DNA from: Neodothiora populina
Taxonomy: Eukaryota
Assembly (NCBI RefSeq): GCF_041146345.1
Contig: NW_027191405.1
Span: 1,426,001-1,490,000 of the forward strand
Direction of reading: 5' to 3'
Length of the DNA: 64,000 nucleotides
Shown: positions 24,019-37,793 of the stretch, piece after piece
How the letters are laid out: each line of letters starts with the position of its first letter
Numbering within the stretch: position 1 is the first letter of the stretch
Notes under the pieces: generated by a model
What the model saw: the letters and a program-made list of their open reading frames with translations, nothing else
What the model was told of the DNA's origin: nothing
The model's database searches: none
Position numbers and translations under genes: made by a program

Positions 24019-26035
24019 TCAATATTGCTCTTTCATTGCTATTGGAACTCCACCTATCGAGGCTCCACCAGACTCCACACGTCTCGGGTCCATATGGATC
24101 TGCTCAGCCTCCGCCGTGTCGGCTCGTCTGATTCGTTTGACCCAGTTCGTCAGGCGTCGTATGCCAGAGAGCCGCTTCCAACTCATGAGAGTTCCGCTTG
24201 CAAGCCCGAAAGCCACAAGAACGGTGGACGACAATACAAGGACTATAGCAAAAGTTGTCCAATATGTTCTTGCATCGTATTTCATGTCAAGATCCAAGGA
24301 GAAGTAAGAAGTCATGAATGACAGCGGCACGAATAGCACAGTCACCTTAGAGATTAAGAATGCCGCTCGAGTAAGTTTTTCAACGTCCAGACTTTCTTTA
24401 ATGGCAATGAGCTGGAAATTCTGTATGATCATCAGTCAATAAGTGATTGCTGGAAGGAAGATCGCATGCAAGATTTACCATTTGTACGAGAGACTCTTTC
24501 TGACTCAGGTAGTCTTTGCACTCGCTCAGGGCGTATAGTTCGACCATATCTTTGAGCCGTTCGAACCGGACCCTTGCCGCTGAACTCAGACTGACACCAA
24601 GTAAGCTCTCAGATTCGGTCGCTACGGGCAAGCGTGAATCTAGATCGTCCTTCTCAGCGACCCGGTCGTCTGCCGTGTCCTCCTTGCTAAGACTCTTAGC
24701 ATGATCTGACCGTCGTCGGAGTGGATGTACAATAGTAAAATTGGGCAAATGGGTGCTTTCTTGGCTTGACTTGCTAGCGACTCTACTGTCAGCCGTAGAC
24801 GCAATGGCAGCTTTTTGAGGCTCTACCACGCGATCAATCAGACGAATGTATGCCTTGTAGTGTCTTTTCAGAACAGCTAGTTGGCAGCCAATCTGATCTA
24901 GTCGATCAATATGTGCCAGCTTTGGATGTTGGAACATCTCGTGTCGCACGCGCTGGAGTTCTAATCCGTATCTTGACTCTTTCCTAGTCACAAGTGAATA
25001 GCTGTTCTCCCAATTCTCGAAAAGATAATAGAATAATAGACCAGGCGCATCGGAGGCACGACGGGCAGTTTCTTCTGGTGTCTCACCCAGACGGCGTCGC
25101 ACAGGCAGTAAAAGCAGCGGATTCCGCTCTCCATGCTTTATCTCAACTTTGGATAGTGATCTGAAAACATTGTGTAGGTTACTCCGAGAATGAGCCAAGA
25201 TACGCTGCTCACTCGTTGTGAGACGTCCGGAGGCATTGGGAAACAAATCTTCTGTGATTGTGATCACGGTGCGGTCGGCAAGAAGGAGCAACCAAGTCCA
25301 AACACGCTTTACGTGTGGTAAAGGCTGCTCAATCTGCTCGGTATCACTCCTCTCTTCATTCGTGGATATATCAAGGGAAAGATCACATGTCGAGTAAAGC
25401 GAGTTAAAGCCTAAGCAAAGGTATGATCGGCCTTGATCAATAGATGTGTAATGCCAAACATCGTCAATAATATCGTAAAGGTTCCCTACTCTCGAGCTAT
25501 CCCTTGACTCTAGAGATGGCGCAGCCGGAGAGCAGGCCCTGCCGCCGTGGTGACCAGAGCTTAGGCTTGGGAATGCTGTAAGGGGGTAAGATTGCTCGGT
25601 CGCGATTCCATACCGGATTGTATGTTTTTTGGGAATTGACTTGCGAGGATTCGCGCACATCAAAGCGAGCAATCTCGGAGAGAATTCATATCGTTGACCC
25701 AGAATCTCGAGCAAATCTCGCTGATCGTATGGATACCAGAGATTGATCCACCGCGTGTGTAGCATATTTGGACGATCAGAGCTCAAATGATTTTGCAAAC
25801 ACGTGCCATCCAAATCAAAGGCGACACGTGCATGCTCGTCCCCAAAATCAAGAACAAAATTGCGACTTGTTGGGTCCAGCAACTTGTGCATGTAATATGC
25901 AAGGTTTCCTGGCTCATCAATGCTGTGGAAAGAGCTGGTGGGAGGATTACTATCTGTTCCGACGACCCTCGTACCACCCGCTGCAGCCAAATCATTCTGC
26001 CCGAAAATTGATCCATTCATTGATGTTGGTCCCAT
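24019..26035 (-). CDS. CorA-like transmembrane-domain protein; exons 26035-24479 and 24420-24019
   Basis: RWINLW..EFSPRLLALM N-domain. C-terminal VEKLTRAAFLISKVTVLFVPLSFMTSYFS plus a second TM is typical of fungal CorA-like proteins. The intron keeps frame. Confidence 0.8.
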
Positions 26036-26601
26036 CTTAGCACACAAGTAGTCGAACTCTGAAGGCAGGTAATTCGGCCTCCAGGCTTGAGTTTATATAC
26101 ACTTCTCTGGCAACAGCTGCCACTCGACTGCCTGTCATCATCGGGGCATGACAAGAGCACCTGGGCTGTTCAGCAACCTCATCAGAGGAAAGATGAGACA
26201 TTGACACGAGAATTATAGTCCCGCGCATGTTATGGTCGAGGTCAGCTGCCAAAGGGTGTCATAGTGAGGGTGAAGGAGGAAAGCCGAAGTTTAGCCAGGT
26301 CATTCGGTTGCGGTACCTAGTAAGTCATACATACATTGGGCCTACCTGATCTTATCTTAATCACCACAAACTCGAAAGGGCGCAGAACGCACAGTCATTA
26401 CTAGGTATGCTTTCCTCATGACCTGGTATCTGGAAGTGAGCCGTGCAAGACTACTGTCATTGTCCTTTTCTGGTGGATACTACTAGTGATATTAAATATT
26501 GTATACTGTCTAGAACATCTAAATCTAATGTGCTTTTTCTATTTTATTTTTTATTTGAAGCGTCCTTGGTACCGTGTGCTGCCAGTTCGCCGCATGAGCC
26601 A

Positions 26602-28450
26602 CTACTCTACACGATGAACGGCATATGAGGATCTAATCCGAATCCGAGCTCCGTAATAATAAAAGACAAACGGCACTGGCACCATGGCGGCGCTTATGGC
26701 ACCTAGGATAGTAAGGGTTATATGGGGATTCATGTTCTTGTAGAACGGAATGCCAACGACGGTCATTCCTCCAGCTGCAAGGTAACGTGAAAAGGTGACA
26801 AAACTCAATGCACTAGCAGCATATGCAGCGTATGAGTCGATGACATACATGTATGCACTGATGAATATAGTTATCACACCATATCCAAATAAGCCTGAAG
26901 CCACAATAGGCGACCATATCGAAACGGACTCCTGGAATTGCATTAGCATTACGCACAGTTGGAGCTCCATCATGTCTACTCACATAATCTGTCCAACCCA
27001 TCCAGAACAAACTGATGGGTATGGCGAATGCACCGCCAAGCATCGTAAACCAAAGGCGTGTTTCTGGTATGGGTGGTGGGTTGATATGGCCTTCCGCTTC
27101 CTGCTTCCTGATATCTTTGACCGTCCAGTTGTAGATAATAGGAAGTGTGATGGCTAGTGGGAAGAAGCCGACAAATACAGCCACCCAGATGATATTTGTG
27201 ACGCCTTGGGAGATACCATATACATCTGTGAAGATGAATTCAAACCCCACAAAAAACGTGAACAACACGATGTACAGGATCGTGAGATACAAAGCCATCA
27301 GAAGGATGATAGGTTCGGTCCAAATCATTACGAACGGCCGGTACACGGCAATCTTCAGTCTACTCCATAAAGATGTTTTGCGCACCTCGAGCGGAGATCG
27401 GAAGCGATCGTCGCCGGTAATTTTGCGGAAGTGATGAGCCTTCCATGATAGCAGAAGAGGTGCAAAGGTCTCCGGTTGGCCCAAAATGATGACTGAGGTG
27501 ATGGCGCCCGCAAATATGAGCATGAGCCATTCACACCATCGCCAGCTCAGAGTGCTCGGTCCAATGAAACTTCCAATCACAGGTCCGAACAGTGGGCCTG
27601 CAAATCCAATGAACGCATAGTATGGAAACATATACGTCTTTTCTAAGGCATCGAACAGATCTGCAATCGTTCCACCAGCGACAGTCAAAGGCGTAGCGCC
27701 GAACAGACCGGCGAGAAACCTAAAGGTGATGTGAGCCCCAAAATTCGGAGCAGCACCACAACCGACAAGAAAGGCCATATAAACAACCATAGTGACGATG
27801 TAGATGAGGTTCCTACCAAAAGTTTCCGAGAACGGACCAGCAAACTGGGAGCCAACGGCGAAACCGAAAAGGTACATGGCCGTAGCTAAAGAAGCTGCGA
27901 CATCGCTCACGCCCCAATACGCCGCGTACTGAGGTAGGACCGCTGCGTCTATTGATGATGCTGCAGTACCAGCGAAAGCTACAGCACCAACTACAGTTGT
28001 CGACCAAAGGCGCAGTCCAAAAGACCAATTGTGCGGTTTCATTGGGTCGTTAGGGCCCTCCCATTCGACGATGAATACATGTCCCGCTTCGGTCTCATGT
28101 GTTGCGCGCATTCGTGCATTAACTCCTGTCAGTGAGTACCCTAAAGCGGTCCGTTCGGAGAAGTGAGTGCGATGCGTGGGCACCCTTGACATGTCGTTTG
28201 CATTGTTATTATCTGGGTAGCCATCTCCAGGTTCACCAGACTCGGTGTCTGAATCTTGAAATGCAACCCCATTTTCAGTCGTCTCAGTAGGCTCTAAGGG
28301 CGCTTCGTTCCTCTTTTCTTCATCAATTTCGTCAGGTGTTCTTGATCTGTTGTGTGTGTGCAGAGACAATGCTTTGGCTTTTTCTTGGTCGCGCTCTATC
28401 TGCCTCTGCACGTTCTGGCCGATCCGGCGGTATTGCAGATACGACAACAT
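26602..28450 (-). CDS. MFS drug:H+ antiporter (DHA1-like); exons 28450-26984 and 26931-26602
   Basis: WEGPNDPMKPHNW, GPFSETFGRNLIY, RFLAGLFG, PETRL and YVIDSY..YAASAL. Intron GTGAGT(26983)..CAG(26932). Confidence 0.92.
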
Positions 28451-31400
28451 GGCAACGTAAGCTCTGAAAGTACGAATACAGTCGAGCAGGTCGGTGCCGT
28501 ACACGTATATATGTACAATACGCTATCAACATTCACCGATTGCATAAGAAAATTATTTCCGAGGTTCGAGACGGGTATTCGGGCTCCCCGACTTGGGTAT
28601 GATGCGTCAAGCCCACTAGCTCAACTTCAACGGGGCGCCCATCTTTCTGTGCCTGTACGAGATAGCCAAAATTTATGATGACGTTGAACCTTACCTCAGC
28701 CTGACTCATTTTACCATCACTCGAGAATCATAAGGTACTGATCGCTCTAATCCTGAGCAGCTGTCCTATCCAATTCAGAGGCCAGAAATTATGATATTTT
28801 TGAATGAGCAATGCTTTCTGTGTGTGTAGGGGTGCGCGATCTACTAGCGCGGAGGTTGTCCATTAGAATCGACACTCAAGCTACCTTACTGTACCTCGAG
28901 TGGTGTGTGGTGTATGAACTTCATCCTAGCTCGCAAGAGCTACATGCTTCTTGTCAAATTGTTGGGAATCTGCACTATACGTTTGATGATTGGTTCCATC
29001 GTAGAAAGTCATGCGAATAAGCGGTACCGACGCCGCGGTTTATCAGTGTCGAACACGGATCTCTTCCGCATCTGGTACCAAAATCTGTCACATGTTGGGC
29101 TTGAAGTGGTTGGGCGGAAACGTACCGCTTTCACATCAATGCAACATCCGAGAAGGTACAGGCGTTATTACCGTGGTAATCCGTTGTAGTCAATGGACTG
29201 CAACACTGTACTCGCAGCGCAAGAATCGCCTGTGATAAGCGAAAAGAAGTCATGGCTATTCGGATACTGGTCTTAAGCTGTTTGGCATGTTTGAGCGTGG
29301 ACTGTTGTGACAATGCTGGCACTGCAAAACGGCGTAATGGTGCAGACATTATGACAAGGCGAGATCACTGGACCATGTCACGATCAGATCGTTGAAAGTG
29401 AAGATGAAGATGGTTGTCCTACATCGAGGGGCTTTTACAGACAGACCTTCACCCCATGTTGCATAAGATTAGCCGCGGCAGCCGATGTCATGCCAAAGTA
29501 CTAGTGCCCACGGGGTGAATATCCCTCGGTAGCCGTTGGTGATTGAGTTGCAGTACTGTATTGAAATACTCTGTAGGCAGCCCGTCGTAAAATCTACGTG
29601 CTGCGGCACCGCTATGGTATACTCAGCAATACTTCGACACCTTCAGCCCTCTAGTGCTTCTAGTAACTCAGGCGTAGGGTCAATGCTAGCGGAGTTTTGC
29701 ACTTGAATGTTCAGGTCCCAGCATGTTCCGGTCGCAGGTGGTACGCGCATCTGATCAGGCCAATCGAAAAATATTGCAGCCTTGATTAAGACCACATCGA
29801 CCGATCGTATGCAGTGAGTGATGGTATGACATGAAGCATTGGTGTGGACAGATGTTCTCGCTGTATGGCTACGAGATACTGAGTTAGTGAGTCCAAGTGT
29901 ATCCTATCGGCTGCGATGTCTGTTTTTGAGAGCCCCATCAATCCAGAAGGAGGATTGCAGGAACGTACAGTAGTCACCATATAGCCTGATATCTTGGCCT
30001 CGATCAGACCATCAGCAGTTCCCATTGGCTGGTATGATCCTAACACTTACTCGACAGACGGGGTTTGCCTATAAGGATGATGGAAGCTCGCGGAAGACGC
30101 CAAGATTGGGCACAATATTCACAGCCTCATCGTATTGCCGTGAATCGAAAGTTTACCCGGAGCTTCCCAGTGGAACTTATGAGAAGATAAACAAATAAAC
30201 AAACAAACATGAAAATAGGTACTTGTAGATTATGATTGTGGCAACTGAGATATAGCCGTTTGTGGTGCAGGTCTTCCGACAGCTCTTCCGAAAGCTACCT
30301 TATTGAAGGACATGATATCCGACGCGCACAGAGCTCTTCTCGCCTCAGTGATTGAAGAGATCTTCTTAAGGCAGGAAATGTCAATATGACGATATGAAGT
30401 AAGAACATCTGCGAAGAACCAGGGACCTGGAGCATTGCCAAAGATATCAGGAGGCAAAATCATGAATGAGGTGACATCTACCTAGGGTCGTTCCAGACCA
30501 TGTACTGAGTCAAGAACTGCAATGGCTGTTGCCTCTACAACCAGTCCCCATCGCGAAATAAGTCCAAACATGACTCTCTGGTTCCTACCTTACCCAAACG
30601 CTTAGGTGAGATCCTCATGGGAGCAACCTTTCTCGAGCAGTGGTAAGCCGTGTCAGAAGAAGGGTCTGGAAACTTCCGAGCGAAAATCGTTCAACAGTAT
30701 AGCGCATGTCCACATGAGGATCAGTGTACCCTGCAGTACTTCCGTACGCACGGCATCGTGATGGTCTATTTGAAGTTTCTGGGAGCGGTATGAGTGAGCA
30801 AGAGAAGCTATTAGACGATGATCCACCATAGAGCCGCGTAAGACCCTGCCAAGGGCTCACCTTTGACTCTGATATGCCTTCGTTAAGGATATCCAGGATG
30901 CGTGGGCCAATACTGTACTCACAATGATGTACCTGATTAGGGTATCGAACTAGGTACATTCCCGCCATAGTGGGCCAATCTCAAACAACAGCGCCGCGGA
31001 GGACGGACTGGATGCTCGTCATCGTATATGGGACAATCCCGATGACGCTTCACAGCTTCGTGTTAAGTATCACCAATGGATTTGCTTTTTCTCTTTGCCT
31101 GAGATGTGACAAGGAAACCAGCTGTGCCTGACGTCGCTATTCAGAAAGTTGGAATTGCAAGTGAATGGTGGGAAACTCGAGAGGCAATCACTCACTCCCT
31201 CATTATAATCCGCGACAGACGTCTGCCACACGTTTACACGCACTTCTTTCACACCGATCATATGGAGCAAGCGGTCACGAACGTTGAAAATCCACATGTG
31301 GCACAACGTTTATAAGTGCGAATCTTTATTATGTTCGAATTCTCGAAGAGATATCGAAGATCTACAGTGGTGCGCATGCATGCAGCTTTGTCTTTGGGAC

Positions 31401-33691
31401 TCCTGTCGCTACCCGTTGGGGTGCGACCGTCCCGGTCCGCGCACCCAGGATAAATGATGGTCCCTTTGATGTCAATCTAGTCAATCCGTGTTCCCCGGCC
31501 ACTAGGAGTTTGACCACTCACGGAGACCAATCAGAGAGCGATCGAGAGAGCTAAAGCCATGTCCACCAATCGTTAGTCAGTGATGGTCCTCAGGTACGGG
31601 TGCCCAAGATGGCTTGTGTCTCAAAATCAGGGAAATTGGGAGGGCTCGTTAGCGGTTGGCGGTGAGCATCAGGGACCAGTCCAATGCCGTCCCATGCGCT
31701 AGTGCTTCAGATTCGCGATAGTCGCCTGAACAAGAACTCTAAGAGTGCGAAGCCCCTTTCTAACTCGAAGCTTTGACACGTGAAGAGGCGAAAGGTAATG
31801 TGAACGAAAGACCGATCAGAGTCGAGTGTGCTTACAGAGGTGAAAGAGGATCGTTCTCTTCAAGCTATGCGAAGACTAATCCCACCTCCAACGATGTCCC
31901 GGAAGTCAGTCTGGCGAGCACAGCCAACAGGTGGGGCCTGTCCGTTCCGCTCCGTAAATACAACGGCAGGTACCTTACCGTTTGGCCACGCTTTCCCCTG
32001 CAGACACTCGAGCATGATTTTGAGCTTAAAGCAACACACCTCTGATACACCGATATGCGCACTCGGCAGGTAGAGAACAATGTGATGGGTTTCGAAAATG
32101 ATACGGTATGCAGAATGAAAACAACGCATGTGGCGAGTGCGGTAGCGATGAGATAAATGACAGAGCGTCCAAGATTTTGCTTTTGATGAATCATCTATAT
32201 AAATAATAATAAGCAGGGCTGAGGACGTGCGTTATCCACGCAACCTACTCGTACAGCAACTTATATTACTTCCATGCATGGGCCATGAGCTCGAGTCAGC
32301 CGACTCTGCTCCAGCACATCGCGACTTTGTGCGAGGACAGAATCCTCCTATCATGGGCCTCTCGCGTTCTGCGCTTGCATCTAATCGCTGCCGCGACAAC
32401 GATGCGCGATTGTCGTGTCGTCGCACAATTGTTTCGACGCCCTGTTCTTTGTCCATCGCTCCTCATGTTATCCAACGCTCGATTCGACGAAGCAGCGCAA
32501 TACCTTTCGCAGATCCGAGCGATTACCAGGGACTAGAGACGAGAATTTGCCGTGCCTTTCGTCACACTGCCCTCCACAAGCAGCACCACTCGCTTCCTGG
32601 CCTTTGCTGTGATCGGGCACTCTGAGACCCTTGAGCTTGTGACTTTAGCGGCCTCTTCGAATCGACTTTTTGAAGTCAACGTTTGGTTCCGCGAAGTAGC
32701 TGCCCTGCAGATTCTTTGGTTCTGCTTGTTGTCCAGGTGTTGTTGTTGTTGTCACTCCAATCTGGGGAGGTATACTGTACCGTCGAAGCCAGTCCAGTCG
32801 TGCTTTTTCCTCTTCCGCTTGACGTGCTGTCACCAAGAATCTCGCAACTCCATTCGACGTAATTCCCCGCCGTAGAATACGGTGGGCGTCAATCTTCACA
32901 GACAAGCTTGCACGTCCGAGCTCTGCCTCTACCCAAATTCTACCCGAGATTATATGGTCCTCACGGGACCCGGCGACACTGCAGATTGCGCACACCGTCA
33001 AAGCAACACGGTTTTACGGTGTCGAGTCCCAGCACGCACACGTCCACTTGCTCTAAATCCCTCCCCTTGGGTGTTGCACAATCATCCCATTTCGACCATA
33101 GTCATCTTGTCTTAGAAGCTTCGACGGACCCCGACTGCTTCCATAAATTCAAAAAGTACGCCGTTGTAACGCCACGTCCCGCGCCATCGCCGAACTGTCT
33201 TTGAGATCGCCCGCCACTAGCCATTGCAACTAATCGTAAGCTCCCCAGCACTGGGTCCCTCACCTTCTTTCGTACTACGTCGACATTGTTTTTACCATCC
33301 CATACACATCACGCTCCTTTTGTGACCCTTTCGCTCTTTTGACAATTGACTCCTTGGACCCGGAGTTCTCAAACACTGACCGCATACTCTGCCAGACATA
33401 CATATCTGTCAACCGCTACAACCTCCAAACCTAATTTAATACATCTACACCAACTCGATCATCAACGGCCTCATCAACGTTCTTCTACAACGGCTTCAAC
33501 GTGCATGTCTGATACAGGTATACCATGCCTCCATCAAGAGCCTATACCAGGTCCTCTTTGTTGTGATCCTGCTAACAGGTGTCGTCAGTGTCGATCATAC
33601 CAACAGACATCATCCAAGACTTAGATGCAGTAGACGTTGGTGAATATCAGCTCTTGAGCTTAAGCTTATCATTTCGAAAAACCCGTCGACC

Positions 33692-36161
33692 ATGACTGTA
33701 GCCATCGACACATCTTTCCGGGGTTGGACCTCGCACCCGGCACCACCTAGCATGACGCTGGACGACAAATTCGAGGTCCTCAAAGATATCGGTGATGGCA
33801 GTTTCGGTAGTGTAGTGTTGGCAAGGACGCGAAGCGCTGGCGCCCACCTTGTTCGACGCAACACACTTGTGCGTTATCTCTGATAGTCGTTCGTAATCAT
33901 ATCAGAGCTGACCAGTTGTTTAGGTTGCAATTAAGACGATGAAGAAGACTTTCGAGTCATTTTCACAATGTCTTGAGCTTCGGGAAGTCGTCTTCTTGAA
34001 GACATTACCGAGCCATCCCCACCTTGTCCCTGCTTATGATATCTTCCTTGATCCGCTGAGCAAGAAGCTACACATTGCCATGGAGAACATGGACGGTAAC
34101 CTGTACCAGCTGATGAAGACTCGAGACCATAAGCCCTTCGATGGCAACACTGTAAAAAGCATCCTTTTCCAAATCTTGTCCGGCCTTGAGCATATCCATG
34201 ACAACGGCTTCTTCCACCGAGACATCAAGCCAGAGAATATCTTGGTGTCTTCGTCGGCTCCAGACACGGCGAGTGCGTTCAAGAGGTACTCATCTCTGGT
34301 GACGCCCCCTTCAACCCCACCCACTTACACCATCAAACTTGCGGACTTTGGCTTGGCTAGAGAGACTCAATCAACAGTCCCATACACGACGTACGTCTCG
34401 ACTCGATGGTATAGAGCTCCTGAGGTCCTTCTACGAGCAGGCCATTACTCGGCTCCTGTTGACATCTGGGCCTTGGGCGCCATGGCAGTCGAGATCGCCA
34501 CTTTGAAGCCCCTTTTCCCTGGTGGCAACGAGGTCGACCAAGTTTGGCGAGTCTGCGAGATCATGGGAAGCCCTGGAGTATGGATCAATAAGAGCGGCCA
34601 AAAGCTCGGAGGTGGCGAATGGAAAGATGGGGTTCGTCTGGCTGGTAAGCTTGGCTTCTCCTTCCCGAAGATGGCTCCTCACCCGATGGATACCATTATT
34701 CAGTCTCCACAATGGCCTGCAAGCCTGGCACACTTTGTTACGTGGTGCTTGATGTGGGATCCTGCCGCGAGACCAACATCGACGCAGGCATTGCAACACG
34801 ACTACTTTGCCGACGCGGTAGACCCTCTTCGACCGAAATCTTCGTCAAGGTTCCTGAGCCGTAAGAGCTCGACCTTGTCGAGTGTTCACGATTCCCCAGA
34901 GTCAAACCGTAGCCTTAGCACGAAGAAGTCTTTGTGGTTCAGGAAATCGATGTCGACTCAAGACTTCACTTCTGCGCCCGCTACTCAACAAGCCCCGCCA
35001 GTTCCCTCACCCGCGGCTCGACCAACTGTCGTTCACTCTAACACGACTGATGCTACTGGCTCGCTTAAGGTCAGACCGTCGCACGCTAAGAGAGCCTCCT
35101 GGAACAATGGTTCCACTCCTGGCGTCGCTCCGATTCCAATCCTGCCTTCAATCAAGCCGGTCTCGCCTATGCACGACGCAGTGAACGCGAGCGGCCAGAA
35201 CCAATCAGCGGAGAAGCCGAAGCGACAAGCATCGTTGAACCTGCAGGGTGGTCACTATTCGGACTACCACCGAGAGCAGGCCGAGCGAGCCTTGAGTGGT
35301 ATGACCGGCATCACATCACCTAGTGGTACAGCGAAAGAGAGCTTCTTTTCACATCTGCGAAAGAGAGCTCGAAGATTCTCAGGCCGTCACCAGGCACCGG
35401 CATCGCCCACTGCTGAGGACCCCGAAGCAAGCGTAGGTTGTGCACCTTGGGTCAGTGGAGGACGACAATCCATGTCGATCGAAGGGCGATCACAGAATGC
35501 ACCCTCTGCATCGAACGGCCAAGCTGATGCAGCCCTGAGTGAGCTCGATCGCGCTCTACAGAGTGTTCGTCACAGCTTGGACGCAAGTGCTTCTCTCCAC
35601 CCTTCAAAGCAAGTGCAACGTACTGCAAGCAACCCGCTGCTGAAGAGACACCACTCTGTCCACACAGCAAATGCCTCGCCATCGCCATCGCCATCGGGTT
35701 CGCTCAAGGGAAGAAACCGAGTATCGGTAAGGCAATCAATCAATTCTCGACCCAGATATGACACACCAGATGAGGAGGATGAGTTGTTAGACGAGGCTCT
35801 GACCAACGCTCACGCCGCAGCGACTCGACTTGACAAATCGCAGGCCAAAAGTTCCAGGCCTACCCACATCGACCTCGGACAAGCCAAGACCAGCAGCAGA
35901 CCCCCAATCACCCACGTCACCTCGGATCCCGGCCCTCCCAAGTTTCATGTACCGTATCTCACGCCTTCTCCATCGAAAGAGATGAGCGGGATGAACTTCG
36001 GACATGGTCCGATACCGACCTCCACGCCCATTGACATTACACCACAGCCAGTGCCCCATGACACTCCCAACCAGTGGCCGACGCCACCGTACGAGGAGAG
36101 CGAATGGGCGAAACGTGCTGCCCAAGAGCTTGGGCAACAAGCCGATGCCGCCTTCCGGTGA
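33692..36161 (+). CDS. IME2: Ime2/MAK/ICK-family Ser/Thr kinase (ImeB-like); exons 33692-33868 and 33924-36161
   Basis: IGDGSFGSV, VAIK, HRDIKPEN, DFGLARE and the TxY activation loop YTTYVSTRWYRAPE. Confidence 0.93.
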
Positions 36162-37793
36162 CGGCCACCACTCCAGCTATCTCGCATAATCGTTTCCAGC
36201 GTTTGAGCGTCTGTTTCGCGCAGTTTGTTATTTGTTTTTCCTCTTATTTCGCAGCCGTCAAAATCGGATGGCTCTTCAAAAATTTCATGGGCATTGTACA
36301 GAATCGGGGGAATGCCCGCAATCAGGAGTTTGAACGTCAAATTTTCGATCGAAGATGCAATCTCGCTTTGTTTTCCCTGCTCTGCACATTTACACATACA
36401 CCTGCACACGCACATACACACATACCCATACATACCACAGCCATGGTCAGCATATACACCATTGAACGTAGCGATACGCAGCTTCGTTTCACACCAATCC
36501 GGCCTCTATCATAGAGACGGCGGTGTGTTGTCCCTAATTTTCATTTCCCACTTGCTCGGACACGGATGTCGTACAGCTCGGATTGGATACCCTTTTTGTT
36601 TGAATTGTATTTGTTAGCAACTTTGTACATTGCTCTTTGTTCTTGTATCTCTTTTTTCTTTGCACTCTCTCATACACCATTTTTTGATCTCAGAGCAGGG
36701 AGCGCGAAACAGGGCGTCTCTCGAATGCGAGCGACGCACAATGCATCATACAGCACGGCACAGCTGGCTTATACATATTATTTCCTTTGTCATTTGAGAA
36801 GTTGAAGCAAAAAAAAAAGAAAAGAATCTCGTTTTTTTCTCTTGTTTCCATCGTTCCTTTGTTCTGTCGGTCGGTCGTTCGGTTGGTTTCCCGGATGGGA
36901 AAAGCAAAACAACGCAATGGTGGTTAAGGCGCGACCGGAAGGAACAAACAGGTTGATTAAATTTGGTGTTCACAGAACGAGTTCATCTTGGGGTGGATTT
37001 TCGGGGTAATCAAAGGGTGGTGTAGACATATCGAGATGAAGGAGGCATTTTCCTTGTTATTTTGTGGTTCGAATCTCAAGCAGCGGAAGATCTGAGGGAC
37101 AAAGTCTGTGGAATAAATAGAGAGACACTGACTAGGCCGGGCTGAGCCCAGGTGAAGTAATTACAGACATCGTTCCGCAACTAAATTTTGTGTCAACGTG
37201 AGCTTGATTTACTGTGGAATCGTTGTGACATGATGCATGACAGCAAAGGAGTTTCAATTGCCAATTGCATCATCGTACTGTATAAAACCTAGCAGGAGAA
37301 TCTCGTACTCAGTGCTCGACAGCTTCAAAGTGACTTTGTTGCATCACTCTGAAGCTTACCAGGAGAAGCAAGATCATGCTTCGGCGAAGAGAATAGCCTA
37401 CGAGGATGCAATGGTCAACAGTCATCTGACCTCGTGGTGGAATATGATACAAGATCTAAATGAATCATCTGGTATGCAATGCACAATAAGGTACCTCAGC
37501 GAGTCGATGTCGAGATTGACAAGGCACGGTGGATACAAGTATGGTAGCTAAGGTACCTTACCTAAGGTTCTGATGCTTGGCAAAAGCGAGGGTCAGAGCA
37601 AGGCGCAACGTCACCAGGAGGGTTCACCGTAAGGGAAGGCACGATACCAAAGAGGTAGGTACAAGTACATGCTGGACAGCTCACTGTATACCATAATACT
37701 GGCACAGAAACGAGCGCGACATTATTGTCCACACCTATTCCCACTGCCTTGCTGGACTATCCGTCGGTCTAGTAGACACATCAAACCACAATA

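Noticed and set aside
20613..28450. Secondary-metabolite cluster around the transporter trio
   Set aside because: No backbone synthase, tailoring enzyme or pathway transcription factor is present.
36159..36206. Stop-codon readthrough at IME2 (TGA-C)
   Set aside because: The context is TGA CGG, not TGA CTA, and the extension carries no targeting signal.
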